DNA from: Alphaproteobacteria bacterium
GTDB lineage: Bacteria; Pseudomonadota; Alphaproteobacteria; SP197
Assembly: GCA_965228895.1 (NCBI GenBank)
Contig: OZ245842.1
Location: 4,480,001 to 4,544,000, forward strand
Direction: 5' to 3'
Length of the DNA stretch: 64,000 nucleotides
A model generated the notes under the pieces. The model was given only the letters and a program-made list of their open reading frames with translations, made no database searches and was not told the origin of the DNA. The position numbers and the translations under genes were made by a program. This document shows positions 57,198 to 64,000 of this stretch, one piece after another (positions within the stretch are counted from its first letter, which is position 1; each line of letters starts with the position of its first letter).

Positions 57198-59267
57198 CTA
57201 GAGAGAGTAGGGCGACGGCGTCTCGCGCCTGAACGGCGCCTCGTCCTGCCATGACCAGGTGAGTTCGCGTCCGTAGCGGTGACCGGCATGAACCGCGTTG
57301 GCGATCGTTGCCGGACCGAAACAATCGCCAATCCGTGTCACGTCGACGATACCCGCGTCGGCGAGCTTGCCCGGATCGGCGACCAGAGCATGGTAGAGCC
57401 CATCTTCCGGCAGACGCGCCGTCACCAGCACAACCGACGCCGCCTCGTGCTGTCGTTCACGGCCCGTATAGGCGCATGACAACGTCACCTCGCCGTCGGC
57501 GATGGCCGACAGCGCATGGGCGGTCACAAGGCGAACGTCTTTTTCCAGAAGTCGTGTTTGAATGAACCCCTGCTCCAGGGTGCGCTCGGCCCAGTTGGCG
57601 ACCATGTCCTCCGGTGTTACCAAAGTGACCTCGCGTCCCGCATCGGCCAGGCGTTCGGCGATGACGCCGCCCATGTAATAGTGGTCGTCGTCATAGACCA
57701 GGACCGGTCCGTCCGGCAAAGCACCATCCATGATGGCATCCGGCGTCAGCACATGCGGCAGATCGGAGCCGGGTAGCGGCCGAAACGCCGTATGCCCGAC
57801 GCCATCACCACGCCAGCGCGATCCCGTCGCGATCGCCACCCGTGTCGCGCCGAAACCGAGCACGTCGTCGGCCGTGAGTGCGCTTGCCGGATAGACCGCG
57901 ACATCCGCCATCCGGCCGATCTGATAGGTCCGGTAATCGCGTACGCGTGCCCAGGCGGCGAGCCCCGGAAATGCCGCCGTCTCGCGGGTGACACGACCGC
58001 CCAAGTTTTCCGACGCCTCGGCCAGTGTCACGGCATAGCCGCGTTCGCCCAGCACGCGAGCCGCTTCCAGGCCGGCCGGGCCGCCGCCGACGATCAGGAA
58101 ACTGTCGTCGGTGTCTTTCGCTGGAAAAATCTCCGGGTGCCAGCCGCGGCGAAAACGTTCCCCCTGAGCGGCGTTCTGGGTGCAGCGCATGGGCACGCCA
58201 ATCTGGTTATGGGCAACGCAGATGTTGCAGCCGATGCATTCACGAATGTCGTCCGGCCGGCCCTCCTCGATCTTCTTGGGCAGGAACGGATCGGCAATTG
58301 ACGGGCGGACCGCGCCGATCATATCGAGCACGCCGCGCTTGATCTGCGACACCATGGTGTCGGGACTGGTGAAGCGGCCGACACCGACGACCGGCTTCTG
58401 CGTCACCGCGCGGCAATGGCGGACATAGTCTTCCTGATACCCTTCGTTGAAAAACCGCGACGGCCCGGCATCGTTGGCGAAGGTCGCGAGGTTGAAATCC
58501 CAGAGGTCCGGCAGGTCGGCCAGAATCTCGACGATCTCCTTGGCCTCGCTGTGCGCCTCCAACCCGATCGGGCCAAGAAGTTCGTCGATCGACAGCCGCA
58601 CCGCGACCGCGCAGGTATCGCCGACCGCATCCTTGGTGTCCGCAATGAGTTCCTTCAAAAGCCGCGCCCGGTTCTCCAGGCTGCCGCCGTATTCGTCGGT
58701 TCGCGTGTTGTAACGCGGCGAGATGAAATGCGCGGCGATCGGATCGTCCTCGCCGGAATAGCAATAGACGATGTCGAAGCCGGCTTCCTTTGCCCTGAGC
58801 GCGGCGCTGCGGTGCCAGCGGCGCAGCGCCTTGATATCGGCCTTGTCCATGGCGCGCGCCTGGACCGAATGGTCATAACGCACTGGCAGATGCGCCGGGC
58901 CCATCGGAACTTCGCGCGAATAGTGGTTCGCCTCGCCCATGCCGTTATGGGTCAGCTCGATGCCGGCAAGCGCGCCGTGCTCGTGCACCATCTCGCACAT
59001 GCGCGCCAGCAACGGTGTATCTAACTCGTCCCAGATACGCACTTCCGTATCCTGGTAACCCTCTGAACTATAATGGATTTCCGCCTGCTCGGTGCAGACG
59101 ACGCCCCAGCCGCCCTCGGCTTTTTCGGCCCGCATGGCAAGCCACGTGTTGGGGTACATGTAGCCCATGCCGTTGCAGTGGGGCACCTGATAGAAACGAT
59201 TCTTCGCCGTCACCGGGCCGAGCTGGACCGGCTCGAACAGGACGTCATAGCGGGCATCGCGGGTCAT
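57198..59267 (-). CDS. Trimethylamine/dimethylamine/histamine dehydrogenase family flavo-FeS enzyme
   Basis: KNRFYQVPHC, KAEGGWGVVCTE, RTDEYGGSLENR, RPSIADPFLP, ECIGCNIC...C [4Fe-4S], VGGGPAG. Confidence 0.9.
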   Translation of the reverse strand: MTRDARYDVLFEPVQLGPVTAKNRFYQVPHCNGMGYMYPNTWLAMRAEKAEGGWGVVCTEQAEIHYSSEGYQDTEVRIWDELDTPLLARMCEMVHEHGALAGIELTHNGMGEANHYSREVPMGPAHLPVRYDHSVQARAMDKADIKALRRWHRSAALRAKEAGFDIVYCYSGEDDPIAAHFISPRYNTRTDEYGGSLENRARLLKELIADTKDAVGDTCAVAVRLSIDELLGPIGLEAHSEAKEIVEILADLPDLWDFNLATFANDAGPSRFFNEGYQEDYVRHCRAVTQKPVVGVGRFTSPDTMVSQIKRGVLDMIGAVRPSIADPFLPKKIEEGRPDDIRECIGCNICVAHNQIGVPMRCTQNAAQGERFRRGWHPEIFPAKDTDDSFLIVGGGPAGLEAARVLGERGYAVTLAEASENLGGRVTRETAAFPGLAAWARVRDYRTYQIGRMADVAVYPASALTADDVLGFGATRVAIATGSRWRGDGVGHTAFRPLPGSDLPHVLTPDAIMDGALPDGPVLVYDDDHYYMGGVIAERLADAGREVTLVTPEDMVANWAERTLEQGFIQTRLLEKDVRLVTAHALSAIADGEVTLSCAYTGRERQHEAASVVLVTARLPEDGLYHALVADPGKLADAGIVDVTRIGDCFGPATIANAVHAGHRYGRELTWSWQDEAPFRRETPSPYSL

Positions 59268-59690
59268 GGAACGGACTCCTTCGTCAACCGAGACCAAACG
59301 CTCGGGCAACCTTCACCCGTGCCTGGCGCACGGCGGATCGAGTCCACCCTGGGAACACCGCCGGACGGCGGCGCGACATCATCATGGCCGGCCCTATCGC
59401 CAAAGCAAGTCCAACAATCTCAAGACCGCAAAGCGGTAGACCGGCCGGAAGCAAGTCGTTACACTTCTTGACATATCCACGGACGCTGGCGCTTTCAAGG
59501 CGCTTCATCAGCAGAAGCGTCAATTGGGGACCCGCCGTGGTGCAGGTGCATAGCTCGTGTCGCGCCTGCGCAAGGGACCCCGTTACGCCGCCGGCATCAC
59601 CTGACGTCGCGGCGGCGCAACTCGCCTGAACGCAGGCAAACCGTCGCGGCTGTGTGCCTACCCCGCAAGCATGACCAAGGGAGGCACCCG

Positions 59691-60818
59691 ATGGATATCG
59701 ACCGATTGATCACCCTTCTTCGTTCCGGCAAGGCATCGCGCCGTCAAGTCAACCAGGCGCTTGCCGCTGTCGGCCTGAGCACGTTCACGGCAGGCATTCT
59801 GAACCGGCCGGGCCACGCCGATGACGGCCAGGCCATGTACTTCACCTGGGGCGGCAATCCCTATGAGGAGTTCTTCGCCGGGTACGCTGAGACCTATGGC
59901 GGGCTGCCCGACCTCAGCTATTTCGGCGACGAGGACGAGGCTTATGCCAAGATGCTCGGCGGCTTCGAGCCCGATGTCGTCGACCCCTGCTCCTATGAGA
60001 TCCGACGCTGGTATGACGCCGGGCTGATCACCGAGATCGAGACCGACCGTCTGACCAACTATCCCGACATCATCCCCAGCCTGAAGAACGTCCAGGACGC
60101 CCAGATCGACGGCAAAACCATGTGGGTGGCGACCGACTGGGGCATCACCTCTATCGTCTACAGGCCCGATCTGGCGCCGGAATACGTCGACAACGAAAGC
60201 TGGTCGATCCTGTGGGACGACAAGTACACGGGCAAACTGTCGAACGACAACAGCGTCATCGATGGCTTCACGGCCGGCGCCATGTATCTGGGCCTTGATC
60301 CGTTTAACCTGTCCGATGATGACATCATGCAGGTGCGTGACGCCCTGGTCGCCCAGCGCGAGCTGCTGCTCTACTACGGTCCCAGCCGCACCGACTTTGT
60401 CCAGGCCATGGCGTCCGGCGAACTGGTCGCGGGTACCGGCTGGTCATCGTCGATTATGGAACTGCGGGATCAGGGTATCGACGTTCGCATGATGGACCCC
60501 AAGGAAGGCGTGATGACCTGGGTCTGCGGCATCTGCCGACACGCCTCGAACGCCGGGCGTAGCGAGGAGATGGTCGAAAAAGCGCACGCGATCATCGACG
60601 CGGTGATCAGCCCGGAGGTCGGCTATTACTACATCATGGAAAACGGCTCCGGTTATTCGAACATGAAATCGTTCGAGATGGTGACCGACGAAGAGCTGGC
60701 CGAACGTTCCCTGCCGCGCGATCCCGAACAGATGCTGTCACGCGGCATCTTCCAGAACGCCATGGCGAACATGGATGAGATCGCGACCATGTGGGAGGAG
60801 ATCAAGGCCGGCTACTGA
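59691..60818 (+). CDS. Orphan PotD/PotF-like substrate-binding protein with a twin-arginine-like leader
   Basis: SRRQVNQAL leader, YFTWGG, DWGITSIVYR, SWSILWDDKY, PKEGVMTWVCG. Confidence 0.82.
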   Translation: MDIDRLITLLRSGKASRRQVNQALAAVGLSTFTAGILNRPGHADDGQAMYFTWGGNPYEEFFAGYAETYGGLPDLSYFGDEDEAYAKMLGGFEPDVVDPCSYEIRRWYDAGLITEIETDRLTNYPDIIPSLKNVQDAQIDGKTMWVATDWGITSIVYRPDLAPEYVDNESWSILWDDKYTGKLSNDNSVIDGFTAGAMYLGLDPFNLSDDDIMQVRDALVAQRELLLYYGPSRTDFVQAMASGELVAGTGWSSSIMELRDQGIDVRMMDPKEGVMTWVCGICRHASNAGRSEEMVEKAHAIIDAVISPEVGYYYIMENGSGYSNMKSFEMVTDEELAERSLPRDPEQMLSRGIFQNAMANMDEIATMWEEIKAGY

Positions 60819-60823
60819 TAGAG

Positions 60824-60963
60824 ACCCCCTCACCCAGCTTCGGCTAGGGCGCTAACGCGCCTAAGCCTGCGCATCCCTCTCCCCCCACTAACGTGGGGGC
60901 GAGGGACAACAAGACAGGTGATGTCGTTCCCTCTCCCGTTAACGGGAGAGGGAGGGTGAGGGT
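60824..60963. repeat. REP/RIME-like palindromic element between convergent genes
   Basis: Terminal CCCTCACCC/GGGTGAGGG enclosing hairpins TCCCTCTCCC-GTTAAC-GGGAGAGGGA and CCCCCAC-TAAC-GTGGGGG. Confidence 0.7.
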
Positions 60964-60983
60964 ATCTCATATGTCACCAGCCT

Positions 60984-62405
60984 TTACGCACCGGTCTCCA
61001 GCGCCTCTTCCACAAGGGGCTGCGGCCAGAGCTGCGGCGCTTCGGCCTCGAAAGCCCGGCTTACCTTCAACACCAAATCTTCGCGGTAGGGTGCGGCGAC
61101 AAGCTGCAGGCCGACCGGCAGGCCATTGCTCGCAAGACCACACGGCACGGACGCGCCGGGCTGGCCGGTCAGGTTGAACGGCAGGGTGAACGGCACCGCA
61201 TGGTTCCAACGGTGCAGGCTTTGTGAATGGTAGGGCGTCTCGGCGACCGGCGCGGTTGTCGGCAGTGTCGGCGTCACCAACAGGTCATAGGTCTCGTGGA
61301 ACTGCTTCATGGTGACGCCCAGCCTGGCGCGCGCCACCATGGCGGCGTTGTATTGCTCCAACGTCACGGCGAGGCCGCGCTCGGCGAGGTCGCGGAAACG
61401 CGGGTCCAGAAGATCGTGTTTGGCTTCGGGAATGCCACGCAGAATTGACGCGAACCCGGCGAGCCAGTAGTCGGTGAATTGAGGCTCCAGCGGTTCGAAC
61501 ACCGCACCGACCTCCTCGACCTCGGCGCCCAGCTTGCCAAACCGCGCGACGGCCAGGTCGACCAATTGGCGGACCTCCGGATCGACCTTGGCGCCGCCCA
61601 GGCCCGGCGCATAGGCAACGCGCCACCCCTTGACGCCGTCGTCCAGGCCGTCACGCCAATCCCTGTCGTCATAGGGCAGTGCGTACCAGTCACGCGCATC
61701 GGGCTTGGCCAATTCGTTCAGCATCAAGGCGGCGTCTTCGACCGAGCGGGTCATCGGCCCTTCCGCCGAGGTCGTGCAGAATGCCCCCTCGCGCGGATGG
61801 TCGGGCACGCGTCCGAAGTTCGGTTTGATGCCGTAGATGCCGGAATAGCCGGACGGAATGCGGATCGACCCGCCGCCGTCGTTGCCCAGCGCCAGCGCGC
61901 CGACGCCCGCCGCGATCGACGCAGCGGCACCGCCGCTCGAGCCTCCCGGGCTGTGGGCGAGCTTCCAGGGGTTGCGCGTATAGCCGAAGAGCGGCCCGTC
62001 GGTGATGCCCTTCCAGCCGTATTCCGGGCTCGTCGTCTTGCCCAGGAAAACGGCCCCGGCCTCGCGCAGCCGCGCGACCGACGGCGCGTCAAAGTCACAC
62101 GGCGTCTCGTCGGTGGTCGCCGAACCGTTGCGCAGTGGCCAACCCTTGAGCGGGATCAGATCCTTGACCGTCACCGGTACACCATCGAGCGCGCCTTGGA
62201 GTTCGCCGCTCTGCCACCGTGATTCCGACGCGCGCGCCGCCGCCAACGCCGACTCATGGTCGACGTACTGGAACGCGTTGATCTTGGGTTCGGTTTGATC
62301 GAGCCTGTCGAGCGCGGCCTGCGTCACCTCGACCGGCGTTAGAGACCCGTCGCCATAGCGCGCCACCAGTTCGGTTGCAGTCAAGTAAATGATCTCGGTG
62401 GACAT
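60984..62405 (-). CDS. Amidase (amidase signature family)
   Basis: LDGVPVTVKD, GKTTSPEYG, PGGSSGG, GNDGGGSIRIP. Confidence 0.93.
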   Translation of the reverse strand: MSTEIIYLTATELVARYGDGSLTPVEVTQAALDRLDQTEPKINAFQYVDHESALAAARASESRWQSGELQGALDGVPVTVKDLIPLKGWPLRNGSATTDETPCDFDAPSVARLREAGAVFLGKTTSPEYGWKGITDGPLFGYTRNPWKLAHSPGGSSGGAAASIAAGVGALALGNDGGGSIRIPSGYSGIYGIKPNFGRVPDHPREGAFCTTSAEGPMTRSVEDAALMLNELAKPDARDWYALPYDDRDWRDGLDDGVKGWRVAYAPGLGGAKVDPEVRQLVDLAVARFGKLGAEVEEVGAVFEPLEPQFTDYWLAGFASILRGIPEAKHDLLDPRFRDLAERGLAVTLEQYNAAMVARARLGVTMKQFHETYDLLVTPTLPTTAPVAETPYHSQSLHRWNHAVPFTLPFNLTGQPGASVPCGLASNGLPVGLQLVAAPYREDLVLKVSRAFEAEAPQLWPQPLVEEALETGA

Positions 62406-62549
62406 GGGTTCCCTCGCGAACAACTGGCGGCCGACGGGCTCTTGTCGGGGACCCTACACCATGCTTCGCAAACCTGTCGCGCCGTCGCCGCTTCACACGA
62501 ACGCGTCGCCGTGTTGCTATAGGGACCACCCTGCCTGCGGAGGAAACGA

Positions 62550-62957
62550 ATGGCGTTGAAGACAACGGTGCGCGAGATGGTCGACAAGGCCAACCAGGAG
62601 ATCGAGACGGTGCCGGTCGAGACCGCCAAAGCACTGATAGACGATGACGGAACCCAACTGGTCGATATCCGCGATGTCCGTGAACTCGATCGCGAGGGCA
62701 TGATCCCCGGCGCACTGCACGTACCGCGCGGGATGCTGGAGTTCTGGGTCGATCCCGAAAGCCCCTATCACAAGGACGTCTTCGCCTCAGGCAAGAAGTT
62801 CATCTTCTACTGCGCGTCCGCCTGGCGTTCGGCCCTGGCGACAAAAGCGCTCCAGGACATGGGGCTGGAGCCGGTCGCGCATCTAGAGGGCGGGTTCACC
62901 GCATGGCAGAAGGCCGGCGGCGACGTCGTCGAGCGGCCCAAGAAGAAGAAGGCCTGA
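62550..62957 (+). CDS. Single-domain rhodanese-like protein
   Basis: VDIRDVRE, GMIPGALHVPRG, YCASAWRS active site, LEGGFTAW. Confidence 0.92.
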   Translation: MALKTTVREMVDKANQEIETVPVETAKALIDDDGTQLVDIRDVRELDREGMIPGALHVPRGMLEFWVDPESPYHKDVFASGKKFIFYCASAWRSALATKALQDMGLEPVAHLEGGFTAWQKAGGDVVERPKKKKA

Positions 62958-62981
62958 CGCCCGACATCCGGCCGGGCGTCA
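62955..62981. terminator. Hairpin between convergent rhodanese and sigma factor genes
   Basis: TGACGCCCG...CGGGCGTCA 9-bp stem whose ends are the two stop codons; no U-tract. Confidence 0.4.
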
Positions 62982-63566
62982 ACCGACGTCGCCGAGCCCG
63001 GTGCGAAGTTTCTTGAGGGCCAACCGCAGCCGCGACTTGACCGTGCCCAACGGCAGGTCGAGTTCGTCGGCGATCATGGTGTGCGACTTGTCGTCATAGA
63101 ACGCCATGTTGAGCAGTTTCGCTTGTTCCGGCGGCAGTTCGCCGATCGCCGCCCGCAAGATGTCCGCCAGCTGGCCCGCATTCACCTGTTCGTCAGGTTT
63201 GGGCGCGTCGTCTTCGGGATCCGGCGCTGTCGCGGGGTCGCCCATGTCGACCTCCGGCCGCTTTTGCCGGCGCAAGGCATCAATGCGTTTGTTGCGCGCG
63301 ATGGTAAAGACCCAGGTGCTGACGGCGGCCTTTCTGGCATCGAACTGGTCGGCGCGCCGCCATAGGGTCAGCATCACCTCTTGCATCAAATCCTCGGCCA
63401 GAACGTCGCTCGCGCCCAGGCGGCGCAGATAGGATTTTATGCGGGGTCCGAAGTGGTCGAACAACTCGCCGAACGAGTCCTTGTCTCGCTCGCGTGCGAT
63501 GGCCGCCATGCAGGCTGCCCACCGCTTGCCATTTCTTGGCCCGGCGCCCTGTTTGCCCGTCGTCAT
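62979..63566 (-). CDS. rpoE: ECF sigma factor, Rhodobacter/Caulobacter RpoE (ChrR-partner) type
   Basis: LFDHFGPRIKSYL, AEDLMQEVM, STWVFTIARNKRIDALRR, LPLGTVKSRLRLAL. Confidence 0.85.
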   Translation of the reverse strand: MTTGKQGAGPRNGKRWAACMAAIARERDKDSFGELFDHFGPRIKSYLRRLGASDVLAEDLMQEVMLTLWRRADQFDARKAAVSTWVFTIARNKRIDALRRQKRPEVDMGDPATAPDPEDDAPKPDEQVNAGQLADILRAAIGELPPEQAKLLNMAFYDDKSHTMIADELDLPLGTVKSRLRLALKKLRTGLGDVG

Positions 63567-63664
63567 GGCAACATCAGACAGCATGACGCGAACCGCTACA
63601 ATCGGCGATCGCGCGAACGATAGGGTGACACCAGCGGGTTCCTAACGTGTTTGTCGAAAGGTGA

Positions 63665-63690
63665 TACGGCCCCCGCACGGCGCCAGATCA
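63665..63690 (-). promoter_or_regulatory. Putative RpoE-dependent autoregulatory promoter
   Basis: Minus strand TGATCT-N16-CGTA about 100 bp upstream of rpoE, close to the TGATCC...CGTA consensus of RpoE-ChrR systems. Confidence 0.6.
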
Positions 63691-63712
63691 CCCCGTTTGA
63701 GCGCTTGCGTCC

Positions 63713-64000
63713 TCACACATGCGTCGCGGAACCGCCTCTGCCACCGATAAACAGCAGGACGATGCCGCCAACGACCAGAACGATGCCCGCGACCTGCCAA
63801 AGGCTCAGTACCTCGCGCAGCAGGAAATGGGCGACCAGCATGGTGATGACGATCGTGCCGATGACGATCGCCGGAATCGCGACATTCGCGGCCATCGGCT
63901 TGATGCCGCCGACATTGCCGAACAGATAGAAATAGCCGATCTCAGCACCGCCGATGCAAAGCCCCGCCGCCAGGGCGAACAGATAGGTCGATGAGGAGAG
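63713..64000 (-). CDS. EamA/DMT-family membrane protein (partial, begins beyond the window end)
   Basis: Hydrophobic C-terminus LVAHFLLREVLSLWQVAGIVLVVGGIVLL typical of DMT transporters. Confidence 0.7.
   Translation of the reverse strand, partial: LSSSTYLFALAAGLCIGGAEIGYFYLFGNVGGIKPMAANVAIPAIVIGTIVITMLVAHFLLREVLSLWQVAGIVLVVGGIVLLFIGGRGGSATHV

Noticed and set aside
62550-62957. Rhodanese as a selenium carrier or SelU
   Set aside because: It is a single Cys-type domain without the SelU P-loop region and lies about 47 kb from the sel genes, so nothing links it to selenium.

Overview
This is high-GC DNA whose gene set looks alphaproteobacterial (inference). It is densely packed with catabolic genes for amines, amides and N-heterocycles: four Rieske oxygenase alpha subunits, amidohydrolases, amidases, M24/creatinase-fold hydrolases, a trimethylamine-dehydrogenase-like flavoenzyme and ABC/NCS2 transporters. 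The main feature is a compact selenocysteine locus (selA-selB-BenE-family transporter-tRNA-Sec-oxidoreductase/SelD fusion, 8.7-15.5 kb). It converges on a gene that the ORF track splits in two. That gene reads as one 402-aa PrdB/GrdB-like selenoprotein with an in-frame UGA (V-U-P-L-C), a SECIS-like hairpin and an unrecognised C-terminal domain, and no PrdA/Grd partners are present in the window. Beside it are a proline iminopeptidase, a DUF917 protein and a two-subunit proline/sarcosine-dehydrogenase-like pair. Other signals: a ~137-bp double-hairpin repeat in three copies with compensatory base changes, a duplicated aminotransferase 3' end flanking an AT-richer GNAT gene, and an RpoE-type sigma factor with a likely autoregulatory promoter but no adjacent chrR. 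No CRISPR array, rRNA, integrase or transposase was seen. All family calls come from reading motifs by eye, not from database searches.
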